From Octopus vulgaris (taxonomy: Eukaryota): a stretch of 64,000 nucleotides of DNA. The DNA is taken from assembly GCA_951406725.2 (NCBI GenBank), contig OX597824.1, positions 66,402,001 through 66,466,000 of the forward strand, given 5' to 3'. Shown here one piece after another: positions 1-13,460 of the stretch. The notes under the pieces were generated by a model. The model did not search any database. It was not told the origin of the DNA and was given only the letters and a program-made list of their open reading frames with translations. Each line of letters starts with the position of its first letter. Positions within the stretch are counted from its first letter, which is position 1. Made by a program: the position numbers and the translations under genes.

Positions 1-1150
1 ATATTATAGAGCTGAATGTTTAGTAACCCATAAGTAATGCTCCTAATTTCTACTAGTAAATTTGTGGAAAAACTTTATGTTGTGCTCAAATGTAAATTTG
101 ATATTGTATACAGAAAATTTTGGCACAGCCTATCTATCATGGCTAATAAAACTGTAATGGAATATCTTAATGAGGGCCTTATGAAAATCCTACCAACAAA
201 ATTTTTAATCTTGTGTAAAAATTATTCTAAAGAAAGTATGTTAAAAATATTTTTAGGAATTTTAACAAGATAAACTTATCAAAACCACTACTACTAGGCT
301 TTAAGGACTTCATGAAAAAAACATTGAATTCCTATAAACTGTTTCAAAAACATTTAATTAATTCTAAGCATAATTATTAATTACTGCATTATTTTTTCAC
401 ACAACTTTTGTGCACTGACTGCAAAACATGTTTAAACACACACATGCCCTCTTTAGAAGGAATGTTACCCATTTAGTCAGATTCATTGTTTCTTCTCTTC
501 CCTCACCCACTAGTCTTGGAGGTCTTGAAATGGTCATGGGTGTTCCCCTTCCTTCACTGATGAAGCCATAAGGGGGAAAAAAGTTAATGAGTAGAAAGCT
601 GAACTGTAACATAAGCTCAGCTTGGCATCGCTTGGCATCATGTGTAAGCCATTATTTATAAATGTTTAAAATGTTATAATATTGATATTATAATTAAATC
701 ACCTGGAAACCATAAAGATTAGTAATTAATGAAATTCATGTTCAAGATGTGATTAGTTCTAATTAACTATTAATCTATAATGTTGCAACATGACAACTAT
801 ATCAATACTTACATATCTCGAAACATACGTTGTAATATAATACTAATCTCTGACTTAAATATATCATCACATCTGGGAACACTTATCAGAATCTATTAAA
901 TATTAATCCCTAACTAAACTACATAAGTAAACAGCACACCTAGAACACACAAGTCACAATGTAATACTAAGCTGTGATTTAACTATTACATCATGACTAA
1001 CTTAAAACTCATAATTATAAATAATCTATAGCAAAACAGAATATATAAGGATCATCAGATCTAGAAAAAATACATAAATTGTACTCATAACTATATCAGG
1101 ATCATCACATATAAATTGTTTACCTAAATAAAATTAGGGAGCCTCTACAT

Positions 1151-1369
1151 CAGTGGTTTTCAACCAGGGTTCCGCGGAACCTTAGAGTTCCGCCAGTACA
1201 GTCTAGGGGTTCCGCAAGAAGTTACAAAACTGCTAAAATTGGCAGTAATTTTTAATTCTCCTGTGCAGATATGTGTGCATAAGACTATTAAATTATTGCA
1301 CAGGGGTTCCTCGAGCCAGTGAAATGTTTCCTTGGGGTTTTGCTCCAGCAAAAAGTTTGAAAAGCACTG
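1151..1369. mobile_element. hAT (Charlie-like) MITE
   Basis: TIRs CAGTGGTTTTCAA...TTGAAAAGCACTG; perfect 8-bp TSD CTCTACAT (1143-1150 and 1370-1377). Confidence 0.9.
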
Positions 1370-3029
1370 CTCTACATAGTCATGTGGTATGTTAGAATTA
1401 GCTTCCAAATCTCCCTCAAATCATACCCTACTATCTTAGAGAAGAACACAGTGGACAATGTGGTCCTGGACACACTTTGCCTCAGAAAAAGACAAGATGG
1501 TCATAGATGGAGCGCCTGTCATCCAGGGCTGTAGAGTTGAAGTCATGGAGCCAGGAGGAATTGACTGAAGTGGAGTTCATAAAAATGTACTTACTGGTTA
1601 ATCCTTTTGATACCAAATTGCCAGAAACTGCCTTTGGCTCTATGATACAAATTCCTTGGTTTATAGAGATTTTAATTAACACCAGATTAATAATAATTTA
1701 AAATTTTGACACAAAGCCAGTAATTCCTGGGGGAAGGGGCAAGTCAATTACATCAAGCCAGTGCTCAACCGGTACTTAGTTAATCGACTCCAAAAGGGTG
1801 AAAAGCAAAGTTGACCTTGGCAGAATTTGAACTCAGAACATAAAGATGGACAAAATGCTTACCAGCATGCTAATGATCCAGCCAGCTCTACCTTACACCA
1901 GATTAATAATGATAAACTTATTTTATTAAATTCATTATTTCCAAAATTAACTGAAACAAATGCAGTGTATTTTAACAGAAATATGGTAACAAAAGGGTTT
2001 ATTGTAATAATCTGCTAAAATTTTCAATTTCATAGATATCACACTGAAAATAATCTAGTCAGATTTAAGGGTGTTTATGGAGGAGGTTCTAGTAGAAGCA
2101 ATTCTGTTTTGAAGAATGAGACACTGGTAAATTTAAGGTATAGATTTCTGACTTAACCCTGTTCTATAGATGCAAAGTTTCTTGATTAAATTTCAATGGG
2201 ATAAACTTTTTGGTTGTTTGGTAATATAATTTTTATTTCATTTAATGTAATTCTTCAGGTTATATTCACTTCAAATTTATATTCAAACAATACTTTAATC
2301 TTTTTAATGCCAACCAGTTTGAAACTGCCTCTGATCTAATTTAAAAGCTTTCATCAAAATTTCATGCTAACCTATGTGCCAAACATCAGCAGATAAACTT
2401 ATTTTGCTAAATTCTTTATTATTTTTCAAAATTAATTTAAGCAAAAACAGTAAATTATAACAGAAATATGGCATCAAATGTGTTAACTCTTTGCCTGTCG
2501 TCCTGTATATCATGATACACACAGGACATAATTTCCTTGATGTCCATGCAGTATATATGTATGGTGCACATACCCAATTTTTTCAACCACCAGAGTAACT
2601 TGGGACTTAAGAAAGGAAAGGCCAATGAAAAGATCTCAAAACAAGCATAGATGTTTAGGACAAACTTATGAAAATGATTTGTACAGGTAAAAGATTATAT
2701 ATAAACACAATTACAGTTTGTTTTATTTTTTTTAAAAGGTAGTTTTAGGTGTTAATCATTTAGTTTCAACTTAGTATACAAGTTTGAAAATCTAAAATGC
2801 ATCAATGATGTTTCTGATTCTTTTTTATTGTATCATTATAATTTCTTTTACATCCTTTTACTTTATGGCCTTTTGATAAAAACATTTTATTTATTTGTAA
2901 GTTTTGTCTAATAATTGTTGGTAAATTCCAAACAACAGCTCCCTTTTGTCTGCTTACCAGTTGCAGAGACCTTAAATAGAGTCATAGGTGCTGTCTTTTC
3001 TCCCATAATTAAGCAATAAGAAAAATAAA

Positions 3030-3705
3030 AACCTTTGTCTTTTCCTTGTTTCAGTCATTGGACTGTGGCCATGCTGGAGTACCATCTTGAAAGGGTTTGT
3101 TGAACAAATCAACCCTAGTACTTATTTTCTTAGTCTTTTGCTGAACCACTAAGTTACAGAGATGTAAACAAATCAACAGTGGTTGTCAAGCAGTGGGGGA
3201 GGGACAAACACATACACACAACATACTTCCAGACAGTTTCTGTCCAATAAATTCTCTCACAAGGTATTGGTTGGCCTGAAGCAGTGGTTCTCAACCATTT
3301 TTTGCCTATATACCCCTTTAATTCCTATTTTAATCAGATGCCCCCACCCCACCCCCAGCCATTCATCATCATCATCATCATCATCGTCGTTTAACGTCCG
3401 TTCTAAACGACGATGATGATGATGAATGGCTGGGGGTGGGGTAAAACTATTATACTTTTTTAATTGAATATTACTAGGTATTGTCTTAAAAGATTGTTGA
3501 AATATTTTTAGAAGTATAACTAATTTTATTGGACATCAATTTAACAACAAAATCTTATATGGACACCCAAGGGTCATGTGGACCCTGATTGAGAACCACT
3601 GGCCTAAAGCTACAGTAGAAGATACTTGCCAAAGTATACCACACAGTGAGACTGAACCCAAAACCATATGGTGGCAAAGTAAGCTTCTTAACCATACAGC
3701 CATGT
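3030..3705 (-). mobile_element. tRNA-derived CORE-like SINE, interrupted by the hAT MITE
   Basis: Reverse complement of the family also seen at 12290-12685, 13955-14350, 31738-32090, 40984-41362, 43835-44000, 58430-58600 and 62268-62410 (GGCACCTTGGGCAAGTGTCTTCTACTATAGCC...GGTAGACGGAAACTGAAAGAAGCC). Confidence 0.75.
3282..3601. mobile_element. hAT MITE nested in a SINE
   Basis: TIRs CAGTGGTTCTCAA...TTGAGAACCACTG; TSD GCCTGAAG/GCCTAAAG. Confidence 0.85.
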
Positions 3706-3830
3706 CTACTAAATATAGCTAAATATTGAACTAGAAACTAGCTACTTTCAGTAGTACTGGTTATGCTTGCGTCATAAAGGGCACGTGTAACACTGAGCCC
3801 ACCCTAACTTTGGACGAAAGAGGTCATTAA

Positions 3831-4050
3831 CCCTTTCGTTACTGTATTTATTTTGAGATGCTCTGTGTTTCTTTCAATTACTTTAACTATAATAAAGAAT
3901 TTAGTAAAATAACTTAGTTATCATTCAGTTAGTGTTAGGAACATAAACTGTGACTATGGTTTGCTGGAAGATTTTAATTCAAAACTCATGAAAACAAGAC
4001 ATTTGTACTCAGAGCCAGAGCTGGTTTCAGCTGGGTTGGTAACGAAACAG
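3831..4050. mobile_element. piggyBac-like MITE
   Basis: TTAA|CCCTTTCGTTAC...GTAACGAAACAG|TTAA. Related decayed copies near 1600-2000 and 2297-2485; another TTAA-flanked MITE at about 4593-4835. Confidence 0.75.
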
Positions 4051-6359
4051 TTAAAGTGGAGGGTGGCTAGCTAGATTTTCTAAAATTTTTCAAGCCAAAC
4101 AAAAATACCAAACCTCAATCAATTATTACTGAATATTAGACTTTCCTACTCAGACCAGACAAGCTTGAGAAAATTATTGGCATTCTTCTTCCTTCTCAGA
4201 CTAATTAAGAAATAAGAAAATATAATTTTACATGCACACATATATATTGCATAGATATACATATTCTTTCATTCTGTTATTGGTTTTAATCATTGGACTG
4301 TAGCCACACTAGTGTATCACCTTTAGTCGTATTGATCTCAACACTTATTTTAGTCCGGTACTTATTTTATCAATATCTATCTATCTATATATATATATAT
4401 ATCAGATGAATAACTTTAATATACTTTTTTACTGGGCAGTGTTGTGCCAAACACAAACATTGACACACACACAAACACTATAGTTTCTATCTAATAAATT
4501 CCATTAATAAATCATTTGTTGTCTTAAAGCTGTAATAGAAAATACATGCCCAGAAGGTGGGCAAAATTTTCAGCAACAATTCTGAGTAAACATTAACTCT
4601 TTAACATTTAACCTTTTGGTATTCAAACCAGCCATATCAGGCCAAAATATTCAATATGTTTTAAGTTCAAACAGGCCTGATTAGGCTTCTCACACCTATC
4701 CTAAAATGTCGTTCTAAAAATTAGCAATCACATCATTTAAATCTCAATGCTACAAGATAATGTATGATAAATTCAAAACAATGTGAATAAATAAGCATTG
4801 CATTTGACAGAGTAATCTGAATTGTAACAGATTAACTTTGCTTGTTACTATTACTCTGGACACCAGTGTCTGAAAAGCTCAGACTAATCTTCCTGCTTTT
4901 AGAAAATCCAACAACTGGTGCTGAAAGAATTGATGGGATCCAAAATGTGAATGCTCCTTTCTTGACCCCTTTGAACTAATCAGAGAAATGAAGAAGAAAC
5001 AATCCCAAATATTTAACTGGTTCTTAAAACCAACTGTGGACCCATGAAATGCTAAGTTTATTTGGTGGAATTTGAACTAAAAACACACAGAACTGGAATA
5101 AATATCTCAAAACATCCTATTTGACACTCTAATGAAGACACATGCAACCTTTGTTTAGAAGTAGGCCACATGAGACAGGACTCATCATCAGGTGGGCCAC
5201 ACTACAACAAAAGAATTTCGAGGTAATTTTTCTATCCTGCAGTCTACAGTTTGCTCAGGACTTCTCTAATGCTTGCCATTTAGCAACCTTTTAGACTAAT
5301 AAGAGACATTCGTTCAACAGCAAATCAGACAAGTCAGTTGTTTTTCTTTACTCCTTAAATGTATTGATAAAGAGGAGCAGTGCATATAGCACATTGCAGT
5401 TTATAATGGATTAAGGATAATGTGAAATCTAGCTGAATATGTTGTTCTTCCATTACACTGCTTTTGCAAATTCCCACGACTGTCACCATCCAATTCCATT
5501 ATTATGATTCTGAATTGGGAGCTTGATCAACAGCAAACCTTTCATTGATGGTTACACAACCATGGATGCTGCCCCTATGGATGTATTGCAGTTACTCTCT
5601 TGATACAGCAAGGTGATCTTAACCATATATCTTCAAAAAAGATGATGTCAGGAAGGGCATTTGGCAGTATAATAATGTCACTAGAAGTTACCTCCAACCT
5701 ATACCAACATGGAAAAAGCACACGTAAAATTTTGGCGAAACGATGAGATTTCAGTGTATACTTTCGCAGACAGATTATCAAATAAACATGAAGAATTAAA
5801 AGGGCGTTGGCTAGTCAGAGTCCCAACTATTCAATAAAGAAAATTTTTTTAAGGGAGGAGGGATGAAAAACATATCCTGCTTATTTTATTAAAAAGAGAA
5901 AGACAAAACGTGCAACATTTCAGATTCCAGATTTCTTTCCAGGAATTAATATGCCACAAATATACAACAGTTCTGTTCCCTCATTTAACTACACCAGGAA
6001 GTGTAAGAAGTGAAAGAGAGGGATAATCAAAGATGGAGTATGCCAGACAGAGACGGAGATGAAGTTTGGAGAAAGTGTGAGAGAGAGAGAGAGAGAAAAG
6101 GAAAGAGAAGGAAAGAAAAGGAAAGGAAAGGAAAGAGAGGTCAGTGTGTTTCAGTTAAGTTTTAGTGCTAACAGTAATAATATAAAGCAGGCAGAAACTG
6201 CAATAAACAGTCAAGAGAATGCCAAGAGGAAAAAGATTTGGATGATTACGGCAACTTAGATTATGTTCAATCTAATAGGAAACATCTTGCTTAGACACCA
6301 TGTTTAATAGACTATTGCAATACAGAATAGTTGGTTTTTCCCTTTTGTTAACCATTTAC

Positions 6360-7540
6360 TTTGGAGAAAAAAAGAGGTGGGAAGAGGAAAGCCAGAAAGA
6401 AAAGAGGAAATAGAAGATAAAAGGGACAGAGGAATGAAAAACAGAGAGAGAGACGAGAGGTAGAGAGAGAGAGAGTCGAGAGGTAGAGAGAGAGAGAGAG
6501 ACGAGAAGTAGAGAGAGAGTGGGGGAAACAAGAAGTAGAGAGAGAGAGTGGGGGAGACGAGATAGGGAGAGAGAGGGGGAGACGAGACGTAGGGAGAGAG
6601 GGAAACGAGAGCTAGAGAGAGAGGGAAACGAGAGCTAGAGAGAGAGGGAAACGAGAGCTAGAGAGAGAGGGAAACGAGAGCTAGAGAGAGAGGGAAACGA
6701 GAGCTAGAGAGAGAGGGAAACGAGAGCTAGAGAGAGAGGGAAACGAGAGCTAGAGAGAGAGGGAAACGAGAGCTAGAGAGAGAGGGAAACGAGAGCTAGA
6801 GAGAGAGGGAAACGAGAGCGAGAGAGAGAGGGAAACGAGAGCTAGAGAGAGAGAGAAAGAGAGCTAGAGAGAGAGAGAAACGAGAGCTAGAGAGAGAGGA
6901 AACGAGAGCTAGAGAGAGAGGGAAACGAGAGCTAGAGAGAGAGGGAAACGAGAGCTAGAGAGAGAGGGAAACGAGAGCTAGAGAGAGAGGCAAACTGAAA
7001 AAGAGAACGAAGGAGAGAGAGAACGAAAGAGAGAACAAAAGAGAGAGCGAGAGAGCACTAGAGTGGGCGAGAGAGCGCTAGAGAGGGCGAGAGAGCGCTA
7101 GGGAGGGCGAGAGAGCGCTAGGGAGGGCGAGAGAGTGCTAGGGAGGGCGAGAGAGCGCTAGGGAGGGCGAGAGAGCGCTTGGGAGGGCGAGAGAGCGCTT
7201 GGGAGGGCGAGAGAGCACTAGAGAGGGCGACTGTGTGCTAGGGAAAGCGACTGTGCGCTAGAGAGAGTGAGAGAGCACTAGAGAGCAAGCAAGAGCGCTA
7301 GAGAGTGAGAGAGAGCACGAAGGAGAGCACTAGAGAGAGAGTGCTAGAGAGTGAGAGTGCACCAGAGAGCAAGAGAGTGAGCACTAGAGAGCAAGAGAGG
7401 GAGAGAAAGTGAAAGAGAGAAGGAGAGAAAAAGAGAGCTAGAGTGTGATAAGAGTAATGAAGAAAAATGCAGAGAGGGGGACAAAAAGGAGAAAAGAGAA
7501 AGTGAACAGAAATAAAGAAAGAAAAGAAAGATGGTGTAAA
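6360..7540 (+). repeat. Polypurine (GA-rich) tract with a 23-bp minisatellite (GGGAAACGAGAGCTAGAGAGAGA, about 6594-6990) and a 20-bp minisatellite (GAGAGAGCGCTAGGGAGGGC, about 7050-7270)
   Basis: Tandem periodicity is directly visible. Confidence 0.9.
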
Positions 7541-9664
7541 CAAGATATGCAATATCTGGAGAAGGAAGAGATTACACTATGATTTTGCATAATGTTTTAC
7601 AGAAATTAGTTTAGTTCCACAAGACTGAGTTAAAATCCCTGTGTGGCTGACAAAATAAGTACCTGTCAGGTATTCAAGTTATCACATTCTCCCCCACCAA
7701 ATGTATGGCAATGTGAGATAATAATCCTTTCTACCTTGGGGAACTGAGCTAGTAAATTACACTGAACCAGTTGAGCACTCAATTGGTGCTTATTTCATCA
7801 ACATTGAAAGAATGAAAAGCAAAGTTGATCTTGGCAGCATTTGAATTCAATACATAAAAACATATGAAATACCACAAAGCATTTTGTCTGGAATACTAAC
7901 AATTCTGACAGCTTGCTGCCTTAATGATGATGATAATCCTTTCTACTATAGGTACAAGGCCTGAAACTTTGAGGAAGGGAGTTAGTCGATTACACTGGCC
8001 CCAGTACTTGATTAATTATTTTATAATGATGATTTCTATATTAGCCACAAGGGCTTAAAGAACTCAAAGGACAAAATACAAATCAAGGTGAGAATTTTCA
8101 TGTGACATAAAAAGTGATAGCAAAGTAACAACAAAATTCCAACAGTAATAGAGGGATAACTGCTGAGGGCCAATCAAGGAGATTCCACAAGATCTCAATG
8201 ACTGACTCCCCAGAGCAAGTACCATTTCCCAAATTTCATTTTCTAGCCTACAGGTGCATGCTCAGAGTAGATCCATTTACAGGTACCAAATTCACTACTT
8301 TCACTCACCTTCTAAAGAATTTATTGGAGTATGGAGGCAAATGTCTTTTACAATAGTTTCAGGTTGACTAACGCCTTGTGAATGGAATTTGGTAGGTAGA
8401 AATTGTGATGACACCCATCATATATATATGTGTGTATGTGTGTGTGTTTGCATGCATACATACAAACACCATATCCATACAGACTTGTGCTATTTCCAGC
8501 AAAATAAGGATACTCAATATATAAGGGAATGAAATATTATTATATAGTAGTTGATATTAAATTTCTAGTCTATGACAAATGCTCTAGTCTACAACAAAAT
8601 CTTTACATACATATTATGAAAGTGAATTCTTTATTTCACAAGATGTCATTTTCAAATCCATCTGATGAATGCTAGATGCACAGGATTTGATGTAGACAAG
8701 AAATCTAGATCAGTAATTAGCACTACATCAGATATATATATTGCGAAGGCACATGGCCTAGTAGTTAGTCTGTTGCATTCACAATTGCAAGATTTTGGTT
8801 TTGATTCAAGAGATTTTCCATCGTCTCTAGTAAAAAAAAAAAAGTGAGGGTTAGATTGATTTTAATCAATACTGGCAGAATCATTAGCACATCAGACAAA
8901 ATGCTTAGTAGTGTTTTGTTTGACTATGTTCTGAGTTCAAATTCTGCCAAGATTGACTTTGCCTCTCATCCATTAAGGGGTTGATAAAATAAATACTAGC
9001 TGAATACTTACTGGGGTCAATATAATCGACTACCCCGCTCCATCAAAATTTCAGGCTTTGTGCCCATAGTAGAAAGGATTATTATTTGCAGCATGTGACT
9101 TATTTTTTCTTTTTCAGAACTGAAATCTTAGTGTTGAAAAGTAAATATATTTTGTATAATGAGTTAAGCTCTCAAATAGACATTATGGCATATATGAAAC
9201 AAATCTACATACAAATAGCAACAGTAGCAGTGTTTATTTGGCATTATGAGTAAACCTACTTGTATTCAATAATTTAGAAAATACATTAAACTCTCTCATA
9301 TATACATATCTATCTATATATAAAATACAATATGTGGTGAGTCATATTTAGAAAGGTGAGTAAAATGTTGAATAGCTATAAACTGATTTAAGTTATACAC
9401 AAAGCACAAAAGACACGTACATGTGAATAGAACTTTATGCAAATACAAAGCCATAATGAAATAAGGTCTTACAACCAGGCACCAGTTCCGAAATACTCCA
9501 CGTGCCATGCATATGTGTCACTAATACCCTAAGGAAATAGTATCACAAATTCATATTTTACATCTTATATAGCTTTGAGATCTGTGTCCCATACTTATAC
9601 TTATGGAAAAATAAACAAAAACCTGACCTGAAAATTTACAATAATCTACATTTGTTTTTTTATT

Positions 9665-10282
9665 ACATAGGCACAAGGATGGAAATTTAGTGGGAGGAGG
9701 ATAACAAATTAACAGATTTAATCAACTCCAATACTTAGATTAGTACATATTTCATCAGCTGCAAAGTTGAGCCCAAGAGATTTGAAATCAGAATCTGCAG
9801 TGACACAGCTAAATATCATAATACATTTTATTTGATGGTCTACTGTTTCAGTCAATCTACAATCCCAAATAATAATGATAATCTTTTCTGCTATAGGCAC
9901 AAGATCTGAAATTTTGGAAGGCGTAACAAGTTGAATAGATTGACTGGTACTTATTTTATAGACCATGAAAGGATTCAAGGCAAAGTCAATCACAGCAGAA
10001 TTTGAACACAGAACACAAAACTGGAAGAAATGCTGCTAAGCACATTCTCCGGTGTAGTATTGATTCTGCCAGCTTACTGTTTAACAGTTTCAAATTTTGG
10101 CACAAGGCTAGCAATGTTAGGGGAGAGAGTAAGTTGATTACATTGACCCAAGTACTTGACAGGTACTTATCAATTCTGTAAGGATGAAAAGCAAAGTTGA
10201 CCTTGGCAATATTTGAACTCAAAATGTAAACAATCACTAAACATTTTGTCCAATATGCTAATAATTCTGCTAGCTTGCCAAC

Positions 10283-10336
<54 letters not shown>

Positions 10337-10520
10337 CATGGTTCCAAATTTTGACACGAGGCCAGCAATTTCAAGGGAAGGGGCCCAAGTTGACTACATT
10401 GACCCTAGTATTTAACTGGTACTTATTTTATATGACTCCAGAACTTGGAATGTGAAAGAAATGCCCACTAAGCGTCTTGTTCAACATGGTACCCATTCTG
10501 CCAGTTTACTGCCTTAATAA
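9665..10520 (-). mobile_element. Head-to-tail cluster of Meta-domain-like tRNA SINEs separated by (AAT)n
   Basis: Repeated GGTACTTATTTTAT...AAAGGATGAAAGGCAAAGTCGACCTCGGCGGAATTTGAACTC-like units; (AAT)n at 10285-10335. Confidence 0.75.
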
Positions 10521-11021
10521 TAAAAATATTCATCTAAAATACATTCAAAAACATTTCCTAAAACTTTTAGCAAAGATCTATATACACAAACAATAATATG
10601 TACCAGGAAAAATGAAGACAAAACAAAAAAGAGGAAAAAAATTTTTTTCACACCTGCAGAGCTAGAAGTTCAAATAGTGAGAAAATATGAGAAACTTGAT
10701 ATTTTAAAAGTAATCTTCTTTCACAGGTGAAAAAAAAAAAAATTTAAATACCTACTTCACCAAGATTCTACTTAGAATATACTTTTTCTTAACAACCAAC
10801 CAATTTGACACAAGTTTCAAGCACTAATGATGCACTTACTGTACATGTTTGCACACACTCACTCGTGCACACATACAGAGCCTCTATGTCATTGCTTAAA
10901 AAATAAAATAGTAACCAAGTCTTCCTCAAATCACAGCTTACCTTTTAAAAAAATCAGGTAGGAAAAAAAATGAAGCTGGAATAATTTGATACTTGATGGG
11001 GATGATCTGGAACTAAACAAC

Positions 11022-11186
11022 AATCCTTTAGTTACTCCTATTCATACTAAGCCTGAGTGGTATTTTTTATTTGCATATGGTGTTTTACGGTCAACTCTAA
11101 ATAAGGTGGATGGAGGGGAATATCCTATTGTCTTGTTTGTTAGTCTTTTTTTTTTACATATTAGGGGATGTATAGGATTAACATTC
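11022..11186 (+). pseudogene. cytb: NUMT: nuclear fragment of mitochondrial cytochrome b (PEWY region)
   Basis: [28 protein letters not shown] matches cytb [28 protein letters not shown]; similarity continues weakly to LHxxGxxGLTF. Flanked by nuclear repeats inside the PACS intron. Confidence 0.85.
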
Positions 11187-11393
11187 TTAGGAGAGGCATG
11201 AACACCAAGACATTGGTTTTGCATGCAATGGGTCTCAAGAGAAGATGGGATTACCATAGAGTTGCTTTGACATGACTGACTTGGTGTTAAATACAGACAG
11301 CAATGAAACCCATGCACAAAATACAATCTGGACCATAAACAAAGTGCCCTCTGATTAAAAAGTGAGACTTTATTCATCAACATACTTAAACCT

Positions 11394-11617
11394 ATTTATT
11401 TACTACCCACAAGGGGCTAAACACAGAGAGGACAAACAAGGACAGACAAACAGATTAAGTCGATTACATCGACCCCAGTGCGTAACTGGTACTTAATTTA
11501 TCGACCCCAAAAAGATGAAAGGCAAAGTCGACCTCGGCGGAATTTGAACTCAGAACGTAACGGCAGACGAAATACCGCAAAGCATTTTGCCCGGCATGCT
11601 AAAGATTCTGCCAGCTC
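11394..11617 (-). mobile_element. Young Meta-domain-like tRNA SINE
   Basis: Near-consensus copy with CpGs intact; same family at 1700-1900, 7720-8010, 8873-9085, 29568-29890, 56505-56690 and 62925-63140. Confidence 0.85.
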
Positions 11618-13004
11618 CTTTTCTATAAGCTCTACCAACTACAACTTAAACCTATTTAACTCCAGTACTTCCTCCTATTTCTAAACATCAGGCTAAACAT
11701 GTTGCCTAAACAAGAGAACACTTTGAACAAAGTAGTCTGAAATACAGTATCTAGAATAATGGGACAGTCATGGATTGACTGCTTTTAATGATCATAGATA
11801 TATTGGAACCAAACTGACCTAGGAGGGCTAAATAACACTAATTTCTCTGGAAACATGAATGCAGTATAATTGAAAACAGTATGGTGGACACAAACATGTA
11901 AAATATACCTGTAAACTGATTAAAATATAGAAATATATTTTGAAAATATATCAATTAAGTTTATAAATATAGGTTAACTTAATAATGAAACATTAACTTA
12001 TCTTCTGAAGATAAAATATCACTAACTGTTATTTCAGTATAGCATGAATAGCACGTTATCAATCACAGATTAATATAAATTAAACAAAATCTACTAATTG
12101 AACAAATAATGGGCTGATGATGATATTATTAACATTAATAGTTAAGTGCTGCAGGACAGAGAAGAACATTGTCAACAATACTACAGGTTTCAACACACAA
12201 CTCAAATTTCTGTCACATTCTGCATAGCTATGCAGCAGCACTCACAGCTACCAGTCTGGTCACCAAAATCAGTATCTTAGAAAGTAGAAACAAACTGAGA
12301 AGCTTGCTTCCCAACCATCTGGCATCATGCTCAGTTCCAATGCATGGCATCTTGGGCAAGTGTCTTCTATTAGAGCCCAGGCTGAATAAAGCCTTATCAG
12401 GGAATTTGGTAGATGAAAACTGAAAGAAACCTGTTGTGTGGTGTGTGTATGTGGTGCTTTTGCGTGTGATGCGTGTGCGGGTCTCTCCCACCACTGCTTG
12501 ACAACTAGTGTTTACTTATATCTCTGTAACATAGCAGTTTGGCAAAAGAAACTCATAGAATAAGTACAAGGTTTAAAAAGTAGGTACTGGAGTCAATTTA
12601 TAATTTATTCAACTGAGACCTGTCAAGGCAGTACCCCAACATGGCCACAATCCAATGACTGAAACAAGTAAAGGATAGAGATAAAATACCAGATTAACAG
12701 ACTAACAGTCAAGTGACATGGTCTCTTCCCCACTCTATGTTTTGAGTGCTGGATATGGCATGGTCAGATTGTTAAGAAGTTTGTTTTGCAACCATGAAGT
12801 TCTATGTTGATCTCATTGCATGGCATCTTTTATAATAAATCTCAGGTTAATTCAAAGCTTCTGAATGAAACTGTTATAATGATTGTCTCATACATTGTGT
12901 CACACTGATTATGCATGAGGATTACATCAAGGATATGTGTGTTTGTGGGGTACTCACCCACTTACATACTAATCCACTGAGTAGATGGTTCACTAGAATC
13001 AAAA

Positions 13005-13460
13005 TGCAACAATTAATGTAGAGAGGTATTGTCATCAACTGGAAGTATTCCACAAAAATTGGAAGAAAATGTGTCCGTTATTGGTCAGTTGTAATGCAAG
13101 ACCACATATTGCCAAAGTAACACAGAAAAAGATTATAGCACTAAATATGGAATTTTTGCTTCATCCTCTTTACTCTCCTGACCTTGCTCTCCATCTGATT
13201 ATCATCTTTACCAATCATTGTAACATTATTTAGGGGGATACAGTTTTATTAATTGTGAAAAGGTTAAAAAAATAATATTCAATGTTGCTCCTTTTTGAAA
13301 CATGAAGAATTTTATGCCTGAAAGCTAGACAATTTGCAAAATCGGTGAAATTATGTTACTAATACTGAAGAGGAATATTAACTTGATTAAAGATATCAAT
13401 TAAGATCTAAAATGTATTTATTTATTTCCCAATTTGAAAAGGACTTCTTTTCCAACCTAA
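13005..13460 (+). mobile_element. Mariner transposase 3' remnant with right TIR
   Basis: NARPHIAKVTQKKI...LLHPLYSPDLA/PSDYHL motifs with stops and frameshifts; ends TTTTCCAACCTAA. Confidence 0.8.

Noticed and set aside
5200-5830. Higher-complexity stretch in PACS intron 1 examined as a possible exon 2
   Set aside because: No LCSLTL or AVKMQ-like peptide in the frames I read and multiple stops; probably old TE debris.
6594-6990. Regular 23-bp repeats that could be mistaken for CRISPR
   Set aside because: No unique spacers, eukaryotic context, no cas genes.
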